Shown here: positions 36,234-50,000 of the stretch, piece by piece
How the letters are laid out: each line of letters begins with the position of its first letter
Position numbering within the stretch: the first letter of the stretch is position 1
Origin: Anthoceros angustus
Taxonomy: Eukaryota; Plantae; Anthocerotophyta
Length of the DNA: 64,000 nt
Direction of reading: 5' to 3'
Assembly: GCA_010909165.1 (NCBI GenBank)
Contig: MU008188.1
Coordinates: 723,766 to 787,765, forward strand
The notes under the pieces: model-generated
What the model saw: the letters and a program-made list of their open reading frames with translations, nothing else
What the model was told of the DNA's origin: nothing
Databases searched by the model: none
Position numbers and translations under genes: made by a program

Positions 36234-38559
36234 CGATGAGAATCATAGGGCCCTCTGGGTAGCAAAACATAGCAAGCGGATAGTGAAAGCTTTGCACAAA
36301 AGAGTTGTATGCATTGATTATAATAGAAAGTACAAAGCCTTTATATAGGCTAAGTGGTTGTAACCATAAGGTGGTTGTAACCATAAGTAGTTCTAACCTC
36401 TAAGTGGTTGTAACAACTAACTACTCATTAAACTACCTAAAGCCCTAAGAACTAAATTAATTAATAGCCTTAGGTGCCCTAGTGAAGAGTGCCTAAATAG
36501 GTCATATTTCATCACTCCCACTCACTATGAACTAGGTGTGAAGAATCAGCTTCAAATGAGACTAAAAGGCTAGTTAGCTCCCACTAACTTGAAAGCTATC
36601 CACTAAGAAAACAATTAAAACTGGCTTAAGTTACATTTAAGCAGAATTTAATGTAATCAAAATTAATTACCAAAAACTTAATTAGGAAATGGTAAATTCC
36701 TAAACAAGGTAAAAGATAAAAGTAAAACTTAAACTAGGTTAATCTTAGTAAACCATAAAAAGAGGTAAAGGTGAAAACCCATTAAATGGGCATGGGCCAT
36801 ATGATGGTGTCAGTATACCATGGCATGCGTTATGTACCCTCCCTCACGGTTTTATTCCTCCTCCGCTCCCGCTCCCCGCTCGCGCTCTCCACAAAGAAAC
36901 TTGGCCATGGCCAGAAAACGGTGGGGCAAGGGGCGCGCACCGGAGGGCGCCGGCGCGCCATACATGTATGGCCCTGCGGTTCGCGCAGTGGAGAAGTGCA
37001 CCACTGCGGTGGGAAAGAAGAGGTGGGCGGCCCAGGGAGGACGCGCCCCTCAAGGAGCGCCTCACGCGGTGCCGTGATCCTCTCACGCCTCTAAATGGAT
37101 TCCAACCTTTGTGAGAGCCCACCACGTTTCGGTGGTAGAAGTGGTCCCAGCTCGTGTAGAGGTTGAAGTCACCCGGAGAGGTGGAATTTGTTCCTGCAGT
37201 CGGAGGGCCTGATGTGTGAGTGCGCCATGCGGGAGTGTCTCACCAAGCCGAGATTAGAAAGATCACGCATGTCTTGTCTCAATTTGTTGAAGTGCTGCTA
37301 ATCCCAAGCCAACACTGCTCCAAATCGCATGTCGTCACCAGTTGTGTGCGAGGAAGATTCGGAAAAGTTCTTGTGGAGAAGAAATCGCGAGATTGTTCTC
37401 TCGATACAAGTGCCTTGGAAGAATCTTCATTGAAGGCTTCCTGTACTGATGGGGAGGCTGAAATCTCAAGTAAGATAGCGATGTGTGTAATAAGGCATTC
37501 CCCTGTCATGAAGGGAGGCACCTTGAGCAGATGCCCCCTTTTGTCAAGGAGAGGCACCTAGTTGTAAGCCCGTTTGTGGGCATCTTCAAATGACCATTTT
37601 CCAGTTCAAAATATTTGTGATGAATTTTCTGATACTATTTTGCAGATTTATGTATGGAAAATTATGGGAAAAAGGAAAATGAAATGATGAAGAAAATGAG
37701 AAAAATGAAAAGGTAGACATGCTTTTGTGACTCTAAAAGGTGTTCTAACTTATTTTTCTCTTGCTAAAACTTGCCCATTTTAGATTTCTTTTGAAGAAGA
37801 CATAGGATAGAAACATAGGAAACATGGAAGATCATATATCCCAAGGGTGATGATGTGAAGCTCATCTATATAATCACTAATATGAAAGGGAAGCGGCGGA
37901 CGTACCACCATGCTCCTATGTTTGCGAAACTAAGATACATGATACGGGTTATGTATCTTTGTGAAGAATTTCCGGACATATGATCCATGTCTATCGTAGT
38001 ATTCTTGAGGTTAAGAAAATATGGAAAAGTTTTAATTAGCAAAATATTATTTAATATTTTAATATTATTTTTCAGAGCTCTCAACTATGTATGAAGGAGA
38101 GGATGGATAAGCCTATGTTAAGATTGAGGATGATTGTTCAAGACTTAGAATAGAATATTGGACTACTAAGGTTATCTCAAGTAGACCAATTTAGCTAGGA
38201 TGAACTATAGGTGGAGGCTTAGACAATGTCCAATATACCTAAACATTTCATATGTTTCTGATTCAATGCCTAGTGACTTTGTTAATAAATCATTATCTAA
38301 AGTTTGAACATAACTAATATCTATAGTTTTATCCTCTATTTTCTCTATAATGATATTCGGACAATATGTTTAGTTCTAGAGTGGAAGAGGTTCCTTGACA
38401 AGGCTATAGCTCACGACTATCACTCAACAACAAGGTGGCTTTTCAGCTTGTGATGAAGTTCACTCAAGGTTAGCCTAGTCCATACTATGTCTTTATAGGT
38501 TAGTACTCTATACTCTCTGGACAAGGCTATGGTTGGTTGTTTCTTACTTGACCGGGATA

Positions 38560-40287
38560 TTGCTCCCCAATAGCGATCGTAACGATACGGATCTGCGTGT
38601 GTCGAGTCACCGGCATAGTCGGCGTCGGTAAGTCATTAATGTCAACGTCTTTATGCCGGTGTATACTTGAATGTCAATCCGTGCATGGTACCCTTGAGGT
38701 ATCGATATGCGCTTAGTTGACATCCGGTGTTCACGCGTCGAGGTTCTCGGGGTGAGCAGGGCGACTTGAAGATATATCGGTCGAGTGAAGTTGGATAAAT
38801 ATATAAGTGTGACAGCATGTCGATATGGGATCGACATTTCCAACTTATCTTGTCTTTGTCTTTGGACTCATATCCATGGTAAGCGACCAGCTAGCAAAGG
38901 TGTAGGCGTTTCGCATCTTCAAGTCCAAACTTGGTTAAACTTTCTTTAATGTACTTGGTTTGAACAATACTCGAGTCTTGTTTGCTCGATCTCTAATAAT
39001 GTTGAAGTGCATATGTCATTTCTCCTAAATCGGACATTTCATAAAAGTCTTGAGCCGACTTTTGATCTCGGCTAGGAGGTAAGAGAGTTTGTGGCCATGA
39101 ATACGTCTCGGCGTAGAGCAATAAGTAAAAGGTATCATTGCACGATATTAGGATATACATGCATGCATCGGCATCACTTTGCCGGAAGCCTCTTTTGATG
39201 AGTTTCACATGTATGTCCATATTCCAATTTTACCAGTTGAGACCATACAAGCCTTTAATTAGTGCATACCCAATCTTCCTTGCCTTTAACCTCATAACCT
39301 TGAGCTGTTTCATGTAGATTTCTTCTTGAAGGCTAGAGATATATGTCTTCACATCCATCATATGAGCTCAAGATCATGATGGTTAAGGCGAAGATTATTC
39401 TAAGGAAGCAAACTTTGCTCTGCGAATGTGGCCCATGGGAGGTAATCTAAACCCGGTATGGGTGAATCCACGCCACAAGGCGTGCTTTGTATCTCTCAAT
39501 GGAACCATCTCCTTTTCTCTTAATTTTGAATACCCATTTGGTGACTATCTTCCTACCCTTAGGTGGCTTAACCAATTCCCATGTAGAGTTACTAATGAGA
39601 GAGTTATATTTCTGACTACCTTCCATAAGGTCTTTTCGGAGAAGAAAGCTTGTTTTAAGGTAAGAGGTTCTTGGATCTATGGTTGCCTTGTATGACTTGT
39701 GAGTAAAGTGATACGGGGAAGAGGATCATCAAAAGCTAGATATCCTAAAGGAGGTTCCTTCCATCCTGCGGTCCGGGATTGCGGGACGTACCTTTGTGTA
39801 GGTTGCATCTTCCTTTGGAGCAGAACATCAATAGGATCATGGTGCTCCATGTCATTCACGGAGGGTCATCATGCTCTTCATCAGTGTCTGGCTCCTCGAC
39901 TTGAATGTTGTCGCCATCGGTGTTTCATGGAATAGATGCTAACTCCTCCTCCTCCGTAATAGGTTCAACTACGGGAACACGAGGCGAACTGGAAATTGAG
40001 TGATATAATCGGTATCATCAAATGAGGAGGTATCCGAGGGCTCTTGGAAGAGGCGTCCTCGGGGCGGATGTACCAGCTCCCCGCTGGGGAAAAGAGGTAA
40101 GACTCATGAAAAGTAACACTCCAGGCATATATAAGCTTCCATGTGATGGGTTCAAAAAGCTTGTAACCTTTGATGCCTTCGGTGTAGCCAATGAATAGAT
40201 ATTTGGCAGCTTTTGGATCTAACTTCTTGCGTTGTACTTTAGGGATAAAGACATATGCAGGAGATCCAAAAATGCGAAGGTGATCTA
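38560..40287 (-). pseudogene. pol: Outer copia integrase C-terminus, RT and RNase H (degenerate)
   Basis: DHLRIFGSPAYVFIPK..LDPKA..FIGY; RGFRQSDADAC..YI; MSDLGEMTYAL. Confidence 0.85.
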
Positions 40288-41395
40288 TAATGAAATAGAT
40301 TAGGGTTAGGGCACTATTCACTAGGGTACCTAACTTAATCATCTTTATCTACCTAGGGCATTAAGTAGTTACTAGTTAGTTGCTCTAGGTAGTTAGTGGT
40401 TAGGTAGTTATAACTACTTGATGGTTACAACTACTTATGGTTGTAACCACCTAACCTCCTAACCACCTTGCCTATAAATAGGCTTTGTATTTTGTATTAA
40501 ATCAATTGTCATATAAGAATCTCTTTCTCAAGAGCCTAGTGTATGATTTTCATCATGGTATCGAGCACATTGCTCCTTGTGCTTGAGCACTCTTGCTTTT
40601 CTCAAGGCTCCTCTCTCCTCAATGCATCGCATCTTTAGCTTTTCCAGTGATCATGGAGCATGGAGACCTCTTTGAATAGCAACCAACTTGAGTGGAGCAC
40701 AATACGTTAATGATGCACTTTTGCATTCACCTCTTGTTTGCCCTCCATGGATTGTATCAATCCCAGCAAACAAGAGTATAGGAGAAAGATCAAGGCAAGA
40801 ATAAGAGACAACAACAACCCGGACTATTTGCAATTCAGAGGAAAACTTTGATCTCAACGCTCCCGAAATTGATGTTGTTGAAGCACAAGTGTGTCGTCTC
40901 ATAGAAGCCCTTGTTTCTAAGTCCGGAGATAGAGTAGGTAACATAAATCACGCAAAGATCTCCTAACTTCCTTTGACCTTTGCAATCTAGCGCCATTGAG
41001 TCCTATTTTTAAGTACATTAAGCATAGGCCAAAGGTCTTCACTCCCCACATCCCGGATCTCTTGACTCCATTAGAGCGTAATTCTTCATCGCTACTAATG
41101 ATAGATTGAATTATCTAACCGATCAATTACATTCAATCATCGACGGTCTTCATGAACCATCCTCCCAAGAGCCAATAGATCCAACTCACTTGCTTGTAAG
41201 CTGCAGATTTTGATGACTATGGATGATTCCCTTTGAAGAAATGCTATAATTGCTCACGCTTCCTCCGCTAATACAAGCGGAAGTCGTGTCAAGTCAGGCG
41301 TAATGCATCAATAAACACACCGCAATGTCGTAGGGTAGACTTCTTCGACGAGAAAGAAATTGCCGAGAGGCAAGATATATTGAAGCCTGTATTGT

Positions 41396-44300
41396 ATGGC
41401 TCAAGAAGAGCGAGCCAAATGGCAAGATGAACTTGAAAAGTTCAAAGAGAAGGAGAAGAAGAAGTGGCTAATTCAATCAAAGCCCACCACTTTGTTTCAA
41501 GCACACAACTTCATGGAGAAAGATAGATTCAATGGAAGAGGATATGATGTATGGCAAGACCGAGCAAGGAGTGTTACGTAGTCATGGCCTATGGAATATT
41601 GTCGAGGAACCGAGACCACACCTTTGGGACGAAGATAAACATGAAGAATGGGACGCTAAGGACTTAAGGGCCCGAGATATCCTTCTTCAAGGTCTTAATT
41701 CATGGTACGCCAAGTTTCGTGGAGCCGCACATCTCATAATACGTGGGAGCGTCTAGCTCAATTATATGCCTCTAAAGACGGATGAGCTTATTGATACGCG
41801 TCATCTCCACAACCGAAAATGAAGGAGAATGATTCCATTGATCATCATATCACCGCTTTCCGTGTTGCTAAGAATAATTTCAAGCATCATCGACGAGAAA
41901 CTTCGAGAAAGCACTTTTATTGCTCTCCTTGCCTCCTTACCACCCTCCTATAGGTCCTTTGTGACAACACAAAATGTCCTTAGAGCCGCAGAAAGAAAAG
42001 AATGCAATCGGCTGGATATCGGCGTTGATGAATTAATTGGAGCCATTATACAGAGGATGCCGTCGACAAGAGAATCCGCGATCTACCGGACAGTGATGTT
42101 TACGAGGCGGAGGAAGAGGGCGTGGCCGAGGCCGCGGAAGACCCTTTCCTCCTAGGCCAAATCCTAATTCTCCCGATGGAGAACGCGCTTCTTCCACACC
42201 TGCAAGAGGTAAGAAGAAGGCTGGAGTTATTTGTAATTGGTGCAAAATACCGAATCACATGGAGAAGGACTGCTACAAGAAGAAGAACGGCGAGCCCAAG
42301 AAGGAGGCTACCCCTGGAGCAAATGTTGCTGTGAAGAAAAAGAGCTCAGCAACGCCATCAGCACTCACTGTATGCTTGGCATCATCCAAGCCCTCTAACC
42401 AATATTGGTATTTAGACAGTGGTGCTACATCTCATATCTGTCACAACTTAAACTCTTTTGAGTCTTACTCGCCGATTAGGACATCAAACCGTCCTGGCGA
42501 TGATCATAACCTCACAATCTCGTGTAGGTTCGGTTGTTCTCGATGCTCTTGCCAAGTTCTCTCTCTCTCTCATGTCCTCCATGTACCATCCATGTGTAAA
42601 ACCTAGTGTCACCGCTAGTTTGTGTTCGAACATAGCATGCAAATTCTCCTCCAAGCGGATATTTGTCTTCTTTCTTATCTATCAAGTAAGTCGCACACCA
42701 TCCGCTCGTACACTAGAAGATGGACTATACAAACTCTCCAAGTGGGTCCTCACATCTCATCAATGTAGCTTCCCAAAATTCCGCCACCTCCTCCCATACT
42801 ATATGCTTTGCTTTAGGTCATCCTAATAGCCAAGCGATCCAAATGTCTAAGGGAAATTTTTATCGATCACCTCCTCTCCAAGATAGAACCCTGTCTTGGT
42901 GTGAAGCTTGTTGTCACCAAACGGCACCAAGCTCCTTTTCATAACCCATCTCCACATGGCTAAGGCACCTCTTGAGTTGGTTCATACATTTGTGGTCCCA
43001 TTTCGCCCCTTCATTTAGTGGTTGCATACTTTTTAACCTTCATTGATGATTACTCTCGTTTTGTCCTCACCTATATCCTGAGACACAAAAGCCAGGCCTT
43101 TCAGTTTTTCAAGGATTACATGGTGTGGGCAGAGCGACTTACGGATAAGAAACTCAAAACATTGCGTTCTGACAATGGTGGCGAGTTTACATCCAATAAT
43201 TTTGCTGATTTTTGCCGAGCTGAAGGAATAGCTCAGCAACTCACTGTGGTACACACTCCTCAGCAAAATGGCGTCGCAGAGAATAAGAATTTACACCTAC
43301 AAGAGATCACTGGTTGCTTGCTCACTCAAGCCCAACTATCCAAGAGTTATTGGGCTGAGGCCATTATGACAGCAACGTATCTACTCAATCGACTGCCCAC
43401 CTCTGCAGTCCAAGGTATGACACCTTATGAAGCTTTCACTGGTCGCAAGCCCTCCATTGACCATCTTCGGATTTTTGGATCACCTGCGTATGTTTTTATA
43501 CCCAAAGTACAACGCAAGAAGTTAGACCCTGAGGCAGCCAAGTATACTTTCATTGGCTATACGGAAGGCATCAAAGGATATAAGTTATTCCACCCTTCCA
43601 CCAGGAAAATTATCTATGCCAGGAGCGTGACTTTTCATGAGTCCCCTTACTTTCCCTTCTGGGAGCTCGCCACTCGATGTTCCCTTCGGGATGCAAACGG
43701 GTCCTCATCTTTTGATGATGATGAATATGTCACCCTTCATCCTCCCCCTACAGCGTTCCTTTTGTTGAACCTACTGCAGGAGGAGGAGGAGTCATAGAAC
43801 ATATTCCACGTCGACCTACTACACCGGATCCCGACACACAAGAACCTCTCCACTTGAGGATGACTATCATCTCGGGACGATTTCATTATCCCCAGAATGA
43901 GCAATTGTGCATGATGACGAGATTGACGAAGAGCACGAAGATGAGTCGACTCACCAACACAAGAGCCACTCATGAGGAAGTCGACATTGAAGAAAATATT
44001 CCACAACAACAACTCGCTTGGTACAACCCGAGAACTAGACCTAACATTCCAGACTGCAGGATGGAAGGAACCACCCTTGGATACCTTGCTACCATAGATG
44101 ATCCAGCTCCTTTTCACCTTATCATCAAGCTATACAAAAGCCAGCTTGATCCCAAGAGCCGCTTACCTTAAAACAAGCATTTTCCTCTCCTGAGAAAGAC
44201 TTGTGGAAAGTAGCTGTAGATTCAGAGTACGACTCATTAGTCAAGAATTCTACATGGGAATTAGTGAAACCACCTAAGGGAAGAAAGATAGTGACTAGCA

Positions 44301-45670
44301 AGTGGGTATTCAAAATAAAAAGAAAGGGCGATGGTTCCATAGAAAGATATAAGGCACGCTTAGTGGCAAGAGGGTTTACCCAGATACCTGGTTTATATTA
44401 CATACCCTGGGCCACCTATGCACCAGTTGCCAAGTTTGCCTCCCTAAGAATGATCTTTGCCTTAACCGCACAATATGACCTACACCTCCATATGATGGAC
44501 GTCAAAACAAGATACCTTCATGGCGCAAGAAGAAATTTATATGAAACAGAGGGCTATGAGGTCAAGGGAAAGGAAGACTTGGTATGCAAACTCATTATGC
44601 CTTTATGGCTCAAGCAATCGAGCAAAGAATGGAACGTCATACATGTCAAGCTAGTTAACCGAGGCTTTCGACAAAGCAAGGCGGATGCTAGCATGTACAT
44701 ATTGAAATCGTAGTGATTTTCTATCTCCGCTCTATGTTGACGACTTATTTATGGCCTCATCCTCACTATCTCTCTTAGTGAAACCAAGGCATGGTTAAAA
44801 GTCATTTTGAAATGACCGATTTAGGAGAGATGACTTATGCCCTTGGGGTTAATATTATAAGGGATAGAGGCAACAAAACTTTAAGCTTAGTACAAACTAA
44901 GTATATAAAAGAAAGCTTAGCCAAGTTTGGACTTGAAGATGCTAAGCCATCCACTACACCATTTGCAAGTGGCATTCGGCTCACTAAAGCTATGAGCCCT
45001 CAAACAGATCTTGAAAACAAGAGATGTTAGCAGTCCCTTATAGACATGGTGGGTACCTTGATTTATTTAAGCAATTTTACAAGACCCGACATCTCCTTCA
45101 AGTAGTGCATGTTCCCAATTTCTTGAAAACCCGAAGAGAACATTGGGCATCACAAACGAATATTTAGATATCTCAAAGGCACTATGCACATCGGATTAAT
45201 GTTTAAGCATCGACCCATCCCGGTTAATTCTAGCAGCATTTTATCTCGATTATCGCGATCCGATACATAAGTCCGTGTCGTTACATATTATTCGGGAGGA
45301 GCACCCATATCATGGTCAAGTAAGAAACAACCAACCATTGCCCTCTCAAGTCGAGTCCGAATATAGAGTCCTAACCTCGGTTTCCAAGGATATTGTCCGG
45401 AGCAGTTAGCTTTAAGTGAACTTGGTCATCCTCGAATGATCCTCCTCTATTTAGTGATAGCCGTGAGCCATAGCCTTAGCTAGAAACCCTCTTTCACTCT
45501 CGGACCAAGCATATAGCCGTTGAATATCACTACATTCGAGAAATGCTAGAAAATAAGACAATAAACATAAGTTATGTCCAAACCCATGAGAACCCGGTGA
45601 TATCCTAACTAAGTCTTTAGGACAAGATTTACAAAACAAACACATGAGAAGTTTAGGCATAGTGTATGTT
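41396..45670 (+). pseudogene. pol: copia gag-pol, frameshifted: gag, zinc knuckle, protease, integrase, RT, RNase H
   Basis: FNGRGYDVW..LRSHGLW; WYLDSGATSH; FIDDYSR..LRSDNGGEF..PQQNGVAE; SKWVFKIK..RYKARLVARGFTQ; SWSSKKQ..ALS; PGDILTK. Confidence 0.92.
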
Positions 45671-45742
45671 AAATCACCCTAACCTTGGTTGATTAAGAAG
45701 AAAAACTTTATTGGGCATTAAAAAAAAAAAGGCTTAGATCTC

Positions 45743-46190
45743 CTAAAGGTCAAGTATTTTGTCCAATTCATTAAGTTCTTCCTCTATCTCTACACAGTCC
45801 TCATTGTATTCTCTATCCTCCTCGCTGAGTTTCCAAAATGAACCTAGTACATATAAGTAATCAGGTTTTAATAATTTATAATAATTAGATTTTGCACTAA
45901 TTAAATGCGCTTTAATTGTGGCACTTAGGGCACTCACAATAGATGTGTTTTGTGTGCCCCTCATATTCCTCACATGGCTTACAGCCTAGCCACACCATAT
46001 GAATGCCTGTTTGTTGGCATGTATACTCCTCTGGGGCTTCTGCATTTTCAATATCCCCAGGACATAGTAAATACACATTTTTGGCTAGATCAGCTTTAGG
46101 CAATAGAGAATCCGGGATCTCATACGTATTCCTTTTCCCACAGCTGGGCTTCACCGAGACTGCCACCTTTATACCTCCAGTCCCAATACA
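45743..46190 (-). CDS. Antisense cargo ORF in the copia 3' region: Cys-rich motif plus acidic helix, function unknown
   Basis: Two overlapping ORFs joined by one frameshift: WLGCKPCEEYEGHTKHIYCECPKC then YVLGSFWKLSEEDREYNEDCVEIEEELNEL. Confidence 0.45.
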
Positions 46191-46411
46191 TTTGTCTAAA
46201 CCTAAAAAAGGGGGAAATACAATTTAGTTTTAGGTTAATAAACCAAACCATATAAATAGGATAATATAGTAGGAGTTTTTTTTGTTTTTAGTTTTACTAA
46301 ACGCTCTTACATATTTTCTTTTCTCCTATTTTTGTTTCCCTATTTTGGTCCACTCTTTCCTATCCGCAATCCTCACTTCCTTAAGAATTTCTTCATATCA
46401 CATCGACGAAA

Positions 46412-47050
46412 ATGTCAGTTTATGTTGCGGTGAAATTTGGGAGAGCTACTTACTTGAGGCGCGCTTTGAAGCTTTCGTGCTCGGATGAAGAAATTTTTCC
46501 GACGCCGCACGCGACCTCCATGAGGGACTTCCTTGAAACAGCTCCTCTGCGACAGGCTGCTCAACAATTGGTGACTTTGCAAGTTTGTGGGCAGCCTGAC
46601 ACCTCCATCTCCTCCGAATCAATTTGGAATTTGTCATCTTCATATCTTTGGATCATCTTCCGAATCCGATATGCACAATTGGTGGAGGCTTGAACAATGA
46701 AGCTAGATCCGTGGCCGTTTTGCTCTCGGTGTCCTCACTTACGCTACGGGAGGCGGTGGAGGAAGGGCTATGTCCCCTTAACACCCTTTTACCCGCAGGA
46801 GAAGAACAACATTAAGGCAACACGGGCATCAAAATTTACAGCTATTTTGGTGCGGATGCGGGATCGACCTCTGCATTCACGGGAGGCCCCATCACCGGGC
46901 CTTCCTCCTCCATCAACGCTCTCATTTCTTGGAGGTCTACAAGATGATTGAAGACCCCGAGCTTTGGCGGCAAGATGTCCGTGCCCCGATGTTCCACACG
47001 GGCGCCTAAGGACCGCGGAGATAAGGTACACTACGCCACCATGTCGTGAA
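46412..47050 (+). CDS. Sense cargo ORF in the copia 3' region, function unknown
   Basis: ATG after an AT-rich spacer with TATAAATA (46251); protein-like stretches such as CGIDLCIHG..HFLEVYKMIEDPELWRQDVR across frameshifts. Confidence 0.3.
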
Positions 47051-47757
47051 GGAATTGCGGCATGGCCGTGTTCGAGTTGAGCATTCGGACATGGACGAAT
47101 TTGCAGCGTCGTCCCAGGCGCCCGGCGTGCGACGCCGCCTCGCTTCCACAGGCGGGGCTGCTCCTCGCGCTGCCCGCTGCGGTGGTTTGGAGCTCCGTCC
47201 GCCTCCTGCGGGAATTGAAGATGGGCGCAGCGTGTACCCCGCCCACGATACGAACGTGGGGAGTGCATACCTCACCGTATTTTCATTAATTACTTGTTTT
47301 ATTAATTGGTTTAAGTTCTCTTAAAATTTGTTTAGGTTCTTAAACTTATTTTCAGCTTTCTTTTCATAGCTTAAGTTTTTATTATTACTTTTCTTAGGCT
47401 TATAGCTTGTTATTTAGTGGGAGTCTATTGACATTTTAGGCCTCATTTTAATGGTAGTTCTCTCACCCACGTTCATAGTGAGTGGGAGTAATGAAATAGA
47501 TTAGGGTTAGGGCACTATTCACTAGGGTACCTAACTTAATCATCTTTATCTACCTAGGGCATTAAGTAGTTACTAGTTAGTTGCTCTAGGTAGTTAATGG
47601 TTAGGGTAGTTATAACTACTTGATGGTTACAACTACTTATGGTTGTAACCACCTAACCTCCTAACCACCTTGCCTATAAATAGGCTTTGTATTTTGTATT
47701 AAATCAATTGTCATATAAGAATCTCTTTCTCAAGAGCCTAGTGTATGATTTTCATCA

Positions 47758-48755
47758 ATCTATGGAAGGCTTGTTGCCGGTGAATGCTTCATATGGAGTC
47801 ATACCTTGAACTGATGAAGTCGGCAGGCGATTCATGAGATAGGTTGTTGTAAGGAGGGCCTCAAATAAGCTTTGGATAAGTTAGCTTGTGTTAACAGCCT
47901 GATCTCTTGGAGGCGGAGATTCTATTTTCCTATGACATCATTTCTTTGAGGAGTGTATACGACCTTGAAGTTGTTGAGCTACGCCTTGACAAAACTCAAA
48001 AGTAAATCTATGAGATGTAAACTCCCGCTGTCAACGTAAGGTCTTGAGTTTATGATCTGTAGCCTTTTCCGCCCATGCCATGTAATCCTTGAAAACCGAT
48101 AAGTTTCACTCTTTGGGTGAGGATGTAGGAGAGGCGAAATGAAATACCGAAAAGTTAAGAAGTATCTACTACCAAGGAGGAGGGTGTAGAGAGGGTCCAC
48201 AAATGTCTGTGTACTATCTCTAAAGGTGATTTGGCCCTTTGAGGAGATGGATTTTGAAAGGTTCCTGTGACGCTTTGAGAGGACTGTTTCGCACCAATCT
48301 AAGTTGTGAACCTTGGAGAGGCAGGTGTTTTATGTTCTAGAGTTGTCTCTAGACATTTGGAGTAACCGACTATTAGGATGACCTAATCTACAATGCCGTA
48401 GCATCATGTGTGTTGGGAGAATGTTGGGAGGCTACATTGAGAATGTGTGGCTCACTTTTAATCGATTAATCTATAGAGTCCATCTTCTAAGATGCGGTGT
48501 AGTGTGTTTTATTCTTAAGGTAGGAAAAGAGAACATTATCGGCATATAAAAGGACCTGCATGTTGTGTTCTTTTGCAAAGACTAGACACTAGGTTTTTGC
48601 ATTGAGAACATGGAGGACTTGGTGAAGATGAAGAGTCGACCCGAATCACATCTCGAGTACAACAGAACCAGGCTATGGGAAGGTTATGATCATTCAAGAA
48701 GTGGATGTCGTGATGTATAACTCAAGGAGTCTTTGTTGTAGATATGTGATGTTGC
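47758..48755 (-). pseudogene. pol: Outer copia integrase core and GAG-pre-integrase
   Basis: Continuous with 40287 across the ATCTA TSD; ends in SHIYNKDS of the split GATSHI motif. Confidence 0.8.
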
Positions 48756-48959
48756 TGGGAACGCAAAAGTTTGGGCAAATGTTTAAATGAGTTTGTTTTG
48801 GAACAGCCCACACTCTTTGCTAGAAATGGTTTGGTGAAGACATGCAAGGAAATTTTTGCCTTTTTGAGGAGTTGTAGGACCATGTCGGAAGGCAAAGGAT
48901 ATGCGAAAAGAAACGGGTCAAAACGACCTGGTGAGGAGAAAAGGTAACCTACATGAGTG

Positions 48960-49190
48960 GTAGGAGGTGTCCTACCACCGTAGGAGAAACTCCTACCATG
49001 GTAGACGAGGGTAGGAGAGATCCTACCACCGTAGGAGAAATGACCGCTAGTGTTTTGATCACCTACTGTAGGAATAGCTCCTACCATGGTAGGAGAGGGT
49101 AGGAGAGATCCTACCACCGTAGGAGAAACTCCTACCATGGTAGGAGAAAGGGAAAACGCCTACCATGGTAGGAGGATGTCCTACCAGGAG
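48960..49190. repeat. Array of CCTACCATGGTAGG palindromes and variants (also ~51070-51120, 52395-52470 and the 3' LTR equivalents)
   Basis: Perfect 14-bp palindrome at ~49080, 49131 and 49160 plus CCTACCACCGTAGG/CCTACCGTGGTAGG variants. Confidence 0.85.
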
Positions 49191-50000
49191 GAGATTTGCT
49201 AAGGAAGGTAGCTTATGTTTTAGGCAGGATAGGCTTGCTATATATAGAGTCTTTTAGTGGACTAGATAAATAGGCCAAAATAGGTAATTAAGAAATTAGA
49301 GGCTAATTTTCAGAATTAGAAATTAGAAAATAGGGAAATGGTATTTTAGTATAAGGAAATTAGGAAACTAACATCAATGGTGGGAAGACGTGGCACACAT
49401 CCAAGGGCAGGATAGAATGGTAGTTACTTTTTCTAACCCTTGGGTGACTTATAAAAGTGGTCGCAGTGCCCGCAGGAGGCCACAACTCGTAAACTTGAAG
49501 GAGACGGCCTCACAGGAAGGCGCCGCCACACCTCAAGCTGCCCAAGGCCCCCAGCAACGCCGCCGCACACGCCCTGCGTGTTGAGGAGGAGAAGGAGGGC
49601 GCAAGCTCAAGAAGGAGGAAATCCAGCGCCCAAGAGAGGAAGGAGGAAAAGAGAAGAAGAGAAGGGAGAAGAAGGTTGGGCGCAACCCAACACTTGCCAA
49701 GCTCGTGAGGGTGCCTAGGAGGGTGGAGCGTGGCAAGATTGCTAGGAAACCGTGTGAAGGGCTCCTAAATTGCTGTGGGGTGTAAGAGTCCGTGGGGAAT
49801 TTTTGAGCTTGCAGGAGAAATCGGGGTTTTGGGGACGGTGTAAGGACTGCAGGAGGAGAGCAAGGGCAAGGACCTTTGAGCTGTGAGCAAGAGCAAATCA
49901 GGAGGAGGAGAAACGCAAGGATAAGAAGTCGGTGTGCCGCAGGAATTGCGGAGAGGCATCACTTTTCTTCAATTTCGTGCAAGTACTAACCAAGGAGGCC

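Larger units (their letters stand above)
40288..47757 (+). mobile_element. Young full-length Ty1/copia element (7470 bp) with an extra 3' region
   Basis: LTRs 40288-40555 and 47489-47757 are near-identical (TA...CA). PBS TGGTATCGAGC 40556; PPT 47477-47488; perfect TSD ATCTA. Confidence 0.95.

Noticed and set aside
48960-49190. Regularly spaced palindromic repeats resembling a CRISPR array
   Set aside because: Repeats are 14 bp with self-similar spacers, sit inside an LTR in eukaryotic DNA, and no cas genes are present.
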